In this document: piece by piece, positions 28,363 through 41,391 of the stretch
Numbering within the stretch: the first letter of the stretch is position 1
Layout of the letters: every line of letters starts with the position of its first letter
Origin: Eledone cirrhosa
Taxonomy: Eukaryota
Assembly (NCBI GenBank): GCA_964016885.1
Contig: OZ024740.1
Coordinates: 363,506,001 to 363,570,000, forward strand
Direction: 5' to 3'
DNA length: 64,000 bases
Position numbers and translations under genes: made by a program
The notes under the pieces: model-generated
The model's database searches: none
Told to the model about the DNA's origin: nothing
Seen by the model: the letters and a program-made list of their open reading frames with translations, nothing else

Positions 28363-28668
28363 GTAGGCATTTCATCATTATAATAAATTTATACTTATTT
28401 TCCATGGTGGTATGGATCGGATGGATTGACAAGAGTGACTTCATTTTGTTCATATTTTCTATATATAATAGTTTCTACAGCTGAATGTCTTTTCTAATGC
28501 AAACCAGTTTACAGAGTGAATTGGGGCATGTATTGTGACATCAAGTATCTCACTTTACAGTTGAATGGGTAGATTTTCTTATATTACAAGTTGCAGAAGA
28601 TACATTTTATCATGGCACTGGCACTAGAGAGGTATGCTTGGGCTACTTATATAATAATGAGAATAATG

Positions 28669-28689
<21 letters not shown>

Positions 28690-28711
<22 letters not shown>

Positions 28712-31142
28712 TTTCTTAATAACAAGGGTTTACATAAAGTAGACATTAAGGACAGTGCAGGACAATACAGGACGGTACAAAAGGGCATTTCTGCATGTAA
28801 AAAAAAGCAAGAAACAGAGGATGTAATAATAGAACAATGAAAACATTCCCCAATAGGGGGGAGACTTCCGAGGGACATTTGTGGAGAAAGCCCATTAAAA
28901 GGCCACAGTGACCCTGACCACCAGGGCAAGTGCCCTCTCCCAGTTTTCCACCTTTAATTTACAGACACATACTCAGAGTAGGCCCATTCACTCGGGCCAT
29001 TCTTGCTTCTCTCACCCATCTTTCAACAAAATGCTGGGAAGAGAGCACTTCCCTCTCTACCCTGCCTTTCCTTTTCAAATGAAATTTGAAAAAGTCAATC
29101 AGGGCATCACCGAAGAGGTAAGTGCTCATCTTCAGCCCTTTCAAACATGTCCACCATACTATCTCTTTCGCCATGGCCACCAGACAGATAAAAACTGCCT
29201 GCCCTTCCTGGGTAAAGGAAGAGGGCGGGGCAATCCTCACGATGGACTCAGCTGGTAGCTGGATCCGTCCTACATGCGACAGCAGGTGTTCAACATAAAC
29301 CCACAAGTCAGCAATTCTCGGACACTGGACGAGTGCGTGCAGGACGGTTTCGTCGCCCAGCGCGCATCTCGGACATGCCTGGCTGACAGCACCTCCATGC
29401 CTGTAGAGTTTATCCCGAACTGGCAAAGCTCCTCGGTAGCACTGCTAGGCCAGGGATTTCTGGAAGTTGTCCATAGGTCCGGCCCAAAAGTTCTTCCGAA
29501 GAGATTGGCTAGTTGATTTTTGTCGAGGCCTAGAGTTTCCCCAAGTACGTCGTCACTTTTCCCCTCCACTAATCCTCTATAGAACGCCGAGGTGGAGTTT
29601 CCACCGATCACATTGACCGATTGGTCGAGGGCTGTGAACGCCTGAAGACATTCCAGTCTCCAAGCGCTCCCTCTTGGTCTTCGCTTGACCCAGGACTGCA
29701 GCTCCGCCAAGGACACGAGCTGGGAAAAGACGCATCTAGTAAACAGCGACCACACCTGATCACCGTCGAGGAAGAGGTAGAGATGTCGTAGCCTGAGCGC
29801 GTGTCTGCGCATCATCAGTCACGGAATGCCCAGCCCTCCACGTAGCGGGTGTTGACAACAGATGGACCGCCTGACCATCGGAGCGCGTCCCTTCCACAAA
29901 AAGCGAAAGAGCAAACACTCCAGTGCAGTCAGGCGGGGCTTAGGAAAAGGTACGACAGTCAGGCGGTAGTAGATGACGGACGCGATATACGCGTTAGCCA
30001 CCTCCGCTCGACCTTTCAGGCATAGCATTCTCTCCGCCCATTTCTGGGTGAGAGAAGCCATCCTGCTCGTCACCTCATCCGAGTTTTTGTCCGTCTGGAG
30101 GTCCGGTCTGAACTAGACCGCTAGCAATTTAACCAGCCCGTCCATCCAGCGTCCGACGATGCTGTTGGACGGCATGGACCTGCCTCTCCAGGAGCTGAGC
30201 TGCAGGCCCACTGACTTTTCCTGGTTGATCATTGCTCCTGTCACCGCTTCGTATTCTCTTAGTGTAGTGCCGATCGCCTCGATGTGTTTGGCGTTCGACA
30301 CCACTACGGTGACATCGTCCGCATATGCCGACATGGTTCTTCCGCATCCTAGTTCGCGCGGGACGCCCCTCAACATCTCCAGTTCGTGCAGTAATGGCTC
30401 AAGAGTCAATACGTACAAGAGGGACAAGAGGGGACATCCTTGGCGGACCGAGCGCATGATGTTGAACGGTTCCGAAAGGTGACCGTTCACTCTCACCACA
30501 GAGCAGATGTCACTGTGCATGGCAGCGATCCAGCCTCTGAAGATGGGCCCAAAGCCAGACGCCTTCAGGACTGCCGCTAGATAACGATGGTCAACCCTAT
30601 CGAAAGCTTTCGACTGATCTAAATTGATCAAGGACCCACCCGTGCCAGGTTCCCTAGCTACCCTCTCTACGATGTATCGCATGAGGTGGAGGATGTCGTG
30701 GATGGATCTGTCGGGAATGGCGCATGTCTGCGCCTCTCCCACCAGACCACCAACGACAAGCGCCAACCTCTTTGCTAGCACCTTGGCCAAAATCTAAGGT
30801 GCTAGCAAAGAGGTTGTCATGAATGGATCTGTTTGGAATGTCGCCTCTCCCACCAGACCACCAACAACAAGCGCCAACCTCTTTGCTAGGACATTGGCAA
30901 AAATCTTGAACTCTGTGTTTAGCAGAGTTATGGGCCGGAAATTATCTATGTTATCCCCCTTGTTCGGATCCTTTCTCAGCAGCGCCACCGCTCCTCGGCT
31001 CACAGAGCTGGGAATTCTCCCCTTCTGTTGCCATTTGCAATAGAGACCCGCCAAGAGACCTCCAAACAAATCGGGCATCTGTACGTAAAGTCCATAGGGC
31101 AGACTATCCAAACCAGGCGATTTACCCCTTGTGCAGCCAGTC
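28690..31142 (-). mobile_element. 5'-truncated Tx1-clade copy
   Basis: RT ORF 30113-30790, C-terminal CPRC..ETVLHALVQC, AATAA-type 3' end then (ATT)n. Confidence 0.9.
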
Positions 31143-31175
<33 letters not shown>

Positions 31176-31542
31176 TGTTTCTACTTTAGGCACAAGGCCA
31201 GCAATTACCCAGTGCATTACTGGTACTTTATTTTATCGACCCCATAAGGATGAAAGGCAAAGTCAACCACGGCGAGATTTGAACTCAGATCGTAAAGGGA
31301 CGTAACTATGCTGGAAAGCATGGCGTCCGACCCTCTACCGATACTGCCAATCCACTTCAGAAACAATAATTGTTTCTACTTTTGGCACAAGGCCAGCAAT
31401 TACCCAGTACATTACTGGTACTTTATTTTATCGACTCCCGTAAGGATGAAAGGCAAAGTTAACCTCGGCGGGATTTGAACTCAGATCATAAAGGGACGAA
31501 ACAATAATGAAAGAAAATAGAAATGATAATAATAATAATAAT

Positions 31543-31800
31543 GATTTCTTTATTGGCCACAAGGGCTGACATCAAGAAAAACATTACAGACGGCACAGGA
31601 CGGTACAGGACGGTACGATGTGGGTTTTGTGCATGTAAAGATTTTTATTATTTATATAAGAAATGGAAAAAAAAAGACAGAAATATATATATATATAAAC
31701 AATAAAAATGAAAATTTAAACAATGAAAAATTCCCCAATAGGGGGAAACCTCCGAGGGTTACTCGTCGCAAAAACCACACAAAAGACCACCAGGGCAAGC
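31543..31800 (-). mobile_element. Tx1 3' UTR fragment
   Basis: Similar to 28690-28930 and 37681-37905; AATAAAG followed by (ATT)n. Confidence 0.8.
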
Positions 31801-31802
31801 AA

Positions 31803-34800
31803 TGCTTTCTTTATTAACCATAATGGTTGACATATAGTATAACATTAAGGACAACACAGGACAGTACAGGACTGTACAAATGAGCATTTCTGCGTGTAAA
31901 AAACAAAAGCAGAGTATGTGACAAAAAAAGAAACAATGAAAAATTCCCCAATATGGGGGAGACTTCCGAGGGTCGCTCGTGGAGAAAGCTCACAAAAAAG
32001 CCACGGTTACCCTGACCGCTAGGGCAAGCGCCCTCTTCCAGTTTTCCTCCTATGATGCTACAGACACACGCTCAGGGTAGGCCCATTCACACGGGCCATT
32101 CTTGCCTCTCTCACCCACCTTTCAACAAACAGATTTCTCCACCCTGAAAATGTTAATGAGGGCATCAACGAAGAGGAAACTACCCATCTTCAACCCTTTC
32201 AGACATGTCCGCCATACGATCTCTTTTACCATGGCCACCAGTCAGATAAAAACTGCCTGCCCTTCCTGGCTAAAGGAAGGTGGCGGGGCAATTCTCACGA
32301 TGGACTTAACTGATAGCCGGATCCATTCTACACATGACAGCAGCTGTTTGACATAAGCCCACAAGTCACCAATGCTCGGATACAGGACGAGTGCATGCAG
32401 GAAGGTTCCATCGACCTGCGCGCATCTCGGACAGGCAAGGTTGACAGCACTTCAATGTCTGTAGAGTTTAGGGACTGGGGTCCCTATCATTCCACTGAAA
32501 AGTGGTCGTGGAGGTGCCACGACAAAAAAGAAACACCCAGCCCACACTGTAAAGTGGATGTGTAGGCGCCATGGAAAACAGAAAGCACCCAACACTCACT
32601 GTAAATGAGGTTGGTGTTAGGAAGGGCATCCAGCTGTAGAAATCAAGCCAGAATCAGTTCCCGTCCCACCCTTGCAAGCAGGGAAAAGCAGACGTAAAAT
32701 GATGAAGATGAAGATGATGATAGTCCATGGGCCCCTGCCAGAAAGTTCTCCCGAAGAGATTGACTAGTTGGTTTTCGTCGACGGACGTCTCCCCAAGGAC
32801 GTTGTCGCTCTTTCCCTCAACTAACACTCTATAGAACGCCAAGGTAGAGTTTACATCGATCGTATTGCCCGACTGGTCGAGGGCTGTAAGCGCCTGAAGA
32901 CATTCCAGTTTCCAAGCATTTCCTCTTGGTCTTCGCTTGACCCAGGACTGCAGCTCTGTCAAGGAGATGCACTGGGGAAGCATGCGTCTAGCAAAGGGTG
33001 ACCACATCTGATCACCTTCAAAGAAGAGGTGGAGATGCCATAGCCTGAGCGCATGTCTGCGCATCATCAGCCATGGCACGCCCAGTCCTCCACGTAGCGG
33101 GTGTTGACAGCAGGTGGACCGCCTGACCATTGGAGCACGTCCCTTCCACAAAAAGCGAAAGAGCAAATGCTCCAGCACAGTCATGCAAGGCTTATGACAA
33201 GGCATGATGGTCAGGCAGTAGTAGATGACGGACACGATGTACACGTTCGCCACCTCTGCTCGACCTTTCAGGGATAGCTTCCTCTCAGCCCATTTCTGAG
33301 TGAGAGAAGCCACCTTGCTCATCACCTTGTCCCAGTTTTTGTCCGTCTGGAGGTCGGGACCGAACCAGACCCCTAGCAATTTAACTGGTCCTTCCGTCCA
33401 GCACCTGACGACGATGTTGGATGGCATGGACCTGCCTCTCCAGCTGCCGAGGTGCAAGCTCACCAACTTTTCCTGGTTGATCATTGCTCCTGTTACCCCC
33501 TCGTATCCTCTTAGTGTGGTGTCGATTGCCTCAATGTGTTTGGCGTTTGACACCACTATGGTGACATCGTCTGCATATGCTGACATGGTTCTTCTGCATC
33601 CTAGTTCTCGTGGTAACCTCCTCAACGTCTCCAGTTTGTGCAGTAATGGCTCAAGAGTCAATACGTACAAGAGAGACGAGAGAGGACATCCTTGGCGGAC
33701 CGAGCGCATGATGTTGAATGGTTCCGAAAGGTGACCGTTCACTCTCACCACAGAGCAGATGTCACTGTGCATTGCAGCAATCAAGCCTCTGATGACAGGC
33801 CCAAAGCTAGCTGCTCTCAGGACTGCCGCCAGATAACGATGGTCGACCCTATCGAAAGCTTTCGACTGATCTAAATTGATCAAGGACTCACCCATGCCAG
33901 GTTCTCTAGCTACCCTCTCTACGATGTATCGCATGAGATAGAGGTTGTCGTGGATGGATCTGTTTGGAATAGCGTGTGTTTGCACCTCTCCCACCAGACT
34001 ACCAACAACAAGCGCCAACCTCGTTGCTAGCACCTTAGCCAAAATCTTGAAGTCTGTGTTATGGACCTGAAATTATCTATGTTATCCCCCTTGTTCAGAC
34101 CCTTTCTCAGCAGTACCACCACTCCTCGGCTCAGAGAGCTGAGAATTCTTCTGTTCTGCTGGCAGTTGCAGTAGACATCCGCCAAGAGGTCTTCGAACAA
34201 GTCGGGCATATGTGCGTAAAGTTCGTAGGGCAGACCATCCAAACCAGGCGATTTGCCCATTGTGCAGCTAGTCATTGCCTCCTGTACTTCAGCAGCTGTT
34301 ATCGGCCTTTCACAACACTCCGCCTCAGTAGCTGAGAGCCGCGGCAGTCCATTGAGGTAGGCACTAGAGTCCATCACATGATGCGGTCTGCCACTGCCCC
34401 CGAACAGCTGAGCAAAGTGCTGCTGAAAAGCCATACACATCTGCCTGAGATCGAGTATCATACGCCTGTCATGGTCCGCCAAAGACCGGATTGTGGCTTT
34501 GTTTCCACGTACCCTAGCTCTGACGATGCAGCCTTCATGCATTGCATTGAAAAATTGGTCGAGAGCCAATTTCACCACAAGCACGTCGGTCGCAATACCT
34601 TTACTAAGCGCCTCGTCTAATTTGCTAACTAGATCTCCCTCTGCTCTATTTTTCTCTATTACTAACGCTTTACTAAACCTAATGGACTCTATTCTAATCG
34701 CTCTTTTCGGGGCAAACCACCATTTGTTGTTGACGATGGCCCCTGTCAACGCCTGCTTAACTAATTCGCTAATCTGGTCTCTGTAAGCTTTGCGCGTTGT

Positions 34801-37560
34801 TAACAACGCGTTTAATTTTCAATAACCGGGTCCCTGTCTATGAAGCCTATCTAAGTCAACCTCACAGATCACGAATTTGTGGTCTGTGTAGTTGACTATC
34901 TTGAATTGTGGACAGCCTATACTAGACCTATCTATTTCCCTACAAAATACCCTATCTAGATATGATCTGGATGACCCGATGCGGTTTGATCAAGTCCACA
35001 TTGGCAAATTCGGGAAAACCCACCGGTACCTGTCAGACAGTAGAAAACATCTGAGCAAGTTTGCGAGGCTTTTATACCCTCCTCCCCTATCCGCTAATCC
35101 CACACAGTCCCAGAGTGCATCTAAGATCTTGTTCCAGTAACCCACTAACACTAAAGAGTGGGACATTCCAAGAAAGGTCTCCAGACGCCGGAAGTAATCA
35201 GGCAGTCCTGCTTCTGTTGGGGCATAGACGGCCACTAACCTGAAAGCTTGCCCTGGTCATATCCAGCACCACCAACTTACCTTCTGGGTCCAAGAAGACG
35301 GCTCGTATCTCGAGATCCAGACTTCTCCGGAACAACACAGCCACTCCCCTTGGAGATGTGTACACCTCGTAGCCGCCGAAAATGGGTGTGAATGCCCGTG
35401 CCTCGGAGATTCTGGTCTCGCTGATTGCACCACATCTATGTTTAGTGACCTGAGATCGTTCAGCAGGTGGCCCTGCTTCCAAGATGACCCCAGGCCACGT
35501 GCATTTATGTTACCTATCCTGAGAGAAGCCATGTTGGCTAGGATAGGAGGAAAACAAGTGAGAGGGGAAAAGTAAAAAAATTTACCTGTGGCTCTTCTTT
35601 AGGAAGGGGGTGGGTGATCCATCCCTCTGACCAGTGGCAGGTTTCTCCACGCAAACGTCTGTGAATGTTATTTTGGTGATGTTCCCTCGGTAGTCTCCAA
35701 TTGATGTGGGGAACATTTTTTTTAATGTCATGTACTTTTTGTGTGTGATTTCTATCATTTTTATGTGTGTACGGGGTGCAATTTTGGTGGTCTGTACGTA
35801 GTTTGTTTCTGTGATGTTGGTGTGGTGTTGAATGTAATTTAAAAGCTTTGTGTTGTCTGTGTCTATGGCTGTGTATTGTGTCTGCTGTTGGGGTATTGGT
35901 GCTTTCTGTGATGTTGTTGGAGGTGACGATGGGATAGATGCTAATGGTGGCGGTGGTGGTGTTGGTGGTGTTGGTGGTGGTGTAGGTGGTTGTGGGGGTG
36001 TGGATGTTGATGGTGGTGGAGGAGGTGGGGTCGTTTTCATTTTCTTTTTTTGGGGTTCTTTCTTCCTCTTTTTTTTTAGGGTGAAGGTAGCGAGTTCTTC
36101 CTGTTTTTTTTGCTGGTATGATTTTCCATTCATCGGCCTCATCGCACTCCTTGTCCGATTTAGCAATATCGGGAAGGGGCATGCTCTCCATTGGTTCCAT
36201 TGGTGGTGGAAGAGATGGTGTTTTTGTTGTTGGGGATAGTGATTTTTCTTCGGCCACTGTGGTCTTGGTTGGTTTGTCCACTCCAGTTGCGGGGCACGGC
36301 GTGGGGAGAAGGGTGGGCGCATGCCGGTTTTGGTGAGTTTGGGGCAGAAGGCCTTAAGGTGCGTCTTGTCACTGCATCCATGACACCTTGGGCACCTACC
36401 TTCGACAGTCACGGTTAGATGGCTGCCGTCAGGTCTGTTACATTGGGGATAGCCTCGATGCTCTCATGGTTTGCTTGGATGATTAACTCCATCCCTGACT
36501 CTGTCCAATTCTCCTGTCTTATTCGCATGACGTCGAGTATAGTTGTTGAATCCTCAATGTCAGCGAGGACAGCCGCCGTCAACCATGTGACCTCCACTGA
36601 GGGCGGAACCTGGGTTACTTGAACCCTCATTACTCTCTAACCGCAGTATGTGGGCATCATTATTATTTCATCACTGCAGAGTGGTGTAATGGAGTGTGCT
36701 CTGGCTTCTTCCGGTGTAGCAAACAGCACATCCACAGTGCCATACCTCGATTCCCGGGCTATGTATGTTGTCTGTACCCAGATGGCACCCATAGCTCTTT
36801 GGACCTGTGACTCTGTTGCCCATTCAACTCGGCACAATTTTATTCTGATTGTGCGATAGCTGACTGAACACAAAAGCTTGTTTTTCATTATATTAGCTGG
36901 GTGGGTGAGATTTACCCTGTGTCCGCTCTTTTTAACCGAGTACTTGGCTTGTTTTATCTCCTCATTGGTGGCGTGTACCCATTCAACATTTTTTGTGTCT
37001 TTAGCAAAAGATGTGTGTGTTGTGATCTGCTGTGCTGACTCATCGCTAGTCTTGCCTTTGTTGTTGATGTTGTTGATGTTTTTGTTGGGTTTTTACTTCT
37101 GTGTTGCTGCTGTTACAGTTGTTACTCCCTGGGTTCTTTATGGCTGTTGCTGATGTTATTGTTGTAATTGGGGTGGCGGTGGTGTCTCATCTTTCTAATG
37201 ATGGGAAATTTTTTTCGTAATTTGCACTACTGCTGCTACTGTTCCAGTGGCTGCTGCTGCTGTTGTCACCACCACCGCCACTGTCGCTGCTGCTGCTGTT
37301 GTTGTGGTGGTGGCTGGTGCTGTTTCTGTTGTTTTTGCCTTTGCCTTGTGATTGGATGGAATCGGCTGTTCTACCCTCCAAACAACCCTTTGTTCCTCCC
37401 TGTGGACAATATTTTTTGTCCGCCATGTTTTTTTTAAACAAAAATTTAGGGGGTACGATTGTAAATAAATACAAATTCAGCCCTTAAGGGCGAGAGATAC
37501 AGTTAAAAAAACCACCTCCTTTGAAGAGGGGTTCTTTAACTACACAACAATGTAAACATT
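31803..37560 (-). mobile_element. Near full-length Tx1/L1-clade non-LTR element (ORF1 with zinc knuckle; ORF2 APE-RT), frameshifted, SINE insert at ~32472-32720
   Basis: ORF1 CHGCSDKTHLKAFC (Cx2Cx4Hx4C); ORF2 begins MASLRIGNINARGL at 35532; KSPGLDGLP, LDQSKAFDRV, VRQGCPLS, AYADD. Confidence 0.92.
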
Positions 37561-37642
37561 TCTATATAAGGTTTTTGATAAATTCATGAAATTCAACTGA
37601 CCTACTCCGTTGTAGTTACGTACGTCACAAGAGATTCAGCAC

Positions 37643-37680
<38 letters not shown>

Positions 37681-37681
<1 letters not shown>

Positions 37682-38537
37682 CTTTCTTTATTAACCACAA
37701 GGGTTTACACAAAGTAGACATTAAGGACAGTACAGGACAATACAGGACGGTACAAATGGGCATTTCTGCGTGTAAAAAACCAAAAAACAGAGGATGTAAC
37801 AAAAAAAGAACAATGAAAAATTCCCCAATAGGGGGGAGGCTTCCGAGGGTTATCGTGGAAAAAGCCCATTAAAAAAAAGCCATGGTGACCCTGATCACCA
37901 GGGCAAGTGCCCTCTCCCAGTTTTCCACCTTCAATTTACTGGCATACAGACACATACTCAGAGTAGGTCCACTCACTCGGGCCATTCTTACCTCTCTCAC
38001 CCATCTTTCAACAAAATGCTGGGAAGAGAGCACTTCCCTCTCTACCCTGATTTTCCTTTTCAAATGAAATTTGAAAAGGTTAATCAGGGCATCACCGAAG
38101 AGGTAGGTGCTCGTCTTCAGTCCTTTCAGACACGTCCACCATACTATCTCTTTCGTCATGGCCACCGGCTAATGGAAGAGGGCGGGGCAATCCTCACGAT
38201 GGACTCAACTGATAGCCGGATCCGTTCTACACGCAACAGCAGGTGTTCAACATAAACCCACAAGTCAGCAATGCTCGGACACTGGACGAGTGCATGCAGG
38301 ACGGTTTCGTCGCCCTGCGCACATCTCGGACATGCCCGGCTGACGGCACTTCCGTGCCTGTAGAGTTTATCCCGAACTGGTAAGGCTCCTCAGTAGCACT
38401 GCCAGGCCAGGGATTTCTGGAAATTGTCCATAGGCCCCGGCCCGAAAGTTCTTCCGAAGAGATTGGCTAGTTGATTTTCGTCGACGCCTAGAGTTTCCCC
38501 AAGTACGTCGTCGCTGTTCCCCTCCACTAATCCTCTA
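37681..38537 (-). mobile_element. 5'-truncated Tx1 copy
   Basis: Close paralogue of 28690-29580; (AAT)n on both sides. Confidence 0.88.
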
Positions 38538-38764
38538 ATAATAATAATTGTTTCTACTTTTTGGCACAAAGCCAGCAATTACCCAGTACAGTACTGGTAC
38601 TTTATTTTATCGACCCTGTAAGGATGAAAGGCAAAGTTAACCTCGATGGGATTTGAACTCCGACCATAAAGGGACATAACTATGTTGGAAAGCATGGCGT
38701 CCGTCCCTCTACCGATACTGCCAATTCACCGTCCCTAATAATAATAATAATTATAATATGGGGC

Positions 38765-41052
38765 TAACTGACCAGGGATGTGAAAACCACATTTTAGTTG
38801 GTCAGCTGTGATGCAGATAAAATGAAGTGCTCAACGACATGTATAAATGGTATAAGCTGGAGTATTATAGAGTATTAAATAGATCAAAGGCCATATGCAG
38901 TTGAACTTAGGTTTATTTCTAACTCCCTGGTACATATTTTACTGAGGTCTATGGCTAGATAGTTTTCACCCTACCAATTCCAATAGTCTGAGCTCATCTG
39001 ATCGTATAAAAAACCTTTAAAATAATTTTGCACAACTTGATAAACTTAAACACAACTTGTTAAAATTAAAAACTTGCTAATTCGTAAGAAGCTCTTAGGC
39101 AGTTCTGCAAACAATTAAAAAAAAATAGTGTCGGCTGACTCAAGGTAACTATATTAAATATTAGAATGAGGCACAGGAAGATATATTAGAGATAAATTAA
39201 ATCAAAGTATGGTCATAAACATACAGTATAAGAGAAACAGCATGCTATATGAGGTTAAAAAAATCTAGAGGGACAAAAAGTGGATAATGGGATCTTACAA
39301 GAAGAAAATGAAAATGTACATATAATTGTTTCTACTTTTGGCACAAGGCCAGCAATTACCCAGTGAGGATGAAAGGCAAAGTTAACCTCGGCAGGATTTG
39401 AACTCAGAAAGGCAAGGGCCATAACACTATACGTCAAAGCATGGCGTCCGACCCTCTACCGATACTGCTAATCCACCGCCCTTGAAAATGTACATATAAT
39501 AAATGCAATAAGATAGTTACAAGAAAATACCATAACATAGTCTGAGATCCACCCAGGATTAACTAAACATATATACAAATGTGCCTAAATATATATAGAA
39601 GATTGATTTATTCACTTTAACCCTTTAACATTTACAATACTCTATATTTACTATTGTATTTTCGTGGAAAAAGCTTTATCTTACATAATATCGAATCTAT
39701 GAGATTTTGATGTTATTTATTTTGAGAACAATACATTTATGTCAGTATGAGTAGCTAGTTACAAGTAAGTTTGAACAGAAAGAAGTGAGAGAATTCGGGC
39801 CAGATATGGCTGGTTTAAATGCTAAAGGGTTAAGTTACCTGGGTCAGACTACACTATTTAAATAGTAAATAACTACCTATCAGATAATAATAAATAAATA
39901 ACATTGATTTGGATACCAGGCCATAAAGATATTAGAGGATACCCCTCAACACCTCAAATCTCTTTTGAGGGTGAAGATAGGGTTTTTTTTTCTTTTTTTC
40001 TTTTTTTTTTTGTGACTAATGGCTTACCACTGTTTACCCTCATCAGAATCTATGTTGAAGTGTATGTCATTGGGGAGCGACATGTCTTCCATGGGTGTTG
40101 GTTGTGTTGTTGATGGTGGTGCTGGTAATGATTCTGTTCCTGCTGTTATTGCTGTTGTTGTTTCAGCTGTTTTGTTGTTGCAGCTCCCAGGTTTTTTGGC
40201 TTTATAACTGCTGGTGTAATAGGAACATTCCTATTGTCCAACCCCCAACCCCCAGACATTCCCTATATATCAAAAGACTTCACTCTCACATTCTGCTCAC
40301 TGAGTGCCTGAATCTGGCTGGATGGGGCTTGGACATCTGGATATAATTCGTTGAGCTAGAGTTAAACATGGAACTAGAACATGGAGATGGGCTCTCACAT
40401 ATTCAGCACTTTTAGCCCAATTAAATCTTAACTGTATAACAACTACATTATATACTTTGGTTTATTGTTAAGATATAGCATTATCTATTTTAAATATATC
40501 TATTTCATTTTGATTTATTTTCTTCTGTTTTCTTCTTGTTTTTGGTTATAATATTCCAACCCCTCATTCACAGTTATCCCCTCCTCCCTCACATAACCTT
40601 AATGGTGGTATGGTGTTGCAGACGAAATTGACCACTGGGTTGGGAGGAGATGGCTGTGACTACTACTATAACAACCACTGCATGGCAGAGAGGAGGGTGA
40701 TTGGTCAATTTGCAATGATGACTTTATATTTTTGACATTCAGCATTAGTGATGTGGGACAGGGGACAGGCACACATTTCTGCTCAAGAGCTAGGGGTCAT
40801 ACGAGGGCTGGTTGGCATAGAAACAACATCAACACATTCTGCCATCCCCTGTATCATGAAAGAGGAAAACAGGAAACATTTTTCAAGTTGTGCAAAATTA
40901 TTTTGAAGGTTTTTTATAACATTGACAAGAGGCTATCGGAATTAGTAAGATGAAAACTTTCTAGCTGTAGTCCACAGTGAAATATGCATCATGGCGATAC
41001 AAATAAACCTAAATACAACTGCATATGGCCATTGCTCTATTTAATACTCTCT
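38765..41052. mobile_element. Old Penelope-like element with ~120-bp inverted ends 2 kb apart and nested insertions
   Basis: 38869-38990 is a diverged reverse complement of 40930-41052; AAGTGCTC tail; degenerate CAGATGA..GAAA core. Confidence 0.45.
39621..39829. mobile_element. piggyBac-type MITE (degenerate copy ~62313-62535)
   Basis: TTAA-CCCTTTAACATTT...AAATGCTAAAGGG-TTAA. Confidence 0.75.
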
Positions 41053-41176
41053 CTATATATAAACTTTTGTATTTTATTCTTTTTTTTCTGTCATTTTGTA
41101 TTATTTATATTTTCTGAAACGAAAATCCCATTCCTGAATTCTACCACGCAGTGAATAGTCACTTCCACAATTATAG

Positions 41177-41287
41177 GCTTTCTGATGAAGTGTGATAAAT
41201 AATTAAGTATTGCATATGATTAAACAATATACATTGTAGTCAGCATATGTAGACAATTATAATAGACATAGAAACATATGTTAAAGC
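41177..41287 (+). ncRNA. Type-I hammerhead motif with ~80-nt stem II expansion
   Basis: GCTTT-CTGATGA-A-GTGT...ACAT-A-GAAAC-ATAT-GTT^-AAAGC; palindrome AACATATGTT. Confidence 0.65.
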
Positions 41288-41352
41288 AATTAAATTTCTA
41301 ATCTCCTTCCTCACCCATGTTTATATTTTTCTTAGTGCAATGCTTGCTTGTA

Positions 41353-41387
<35 letters not shown>

Positions 41388-41391
<4 letters not shown>

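Noticed and set aside
35850-37487. Gly-rich and Cys-rich + strand ORFs
   Set aside because: Antisense readings of low-complexity Tx1 ORF1 segments
38869-41052. Possible 2.2-kb DNA transposon with TIRs
   Set aside because: No transposase or clear TSD; asymmetric AAGTGCTC tail and degenerate hammerhead fit a Penelope inverted pLTR better
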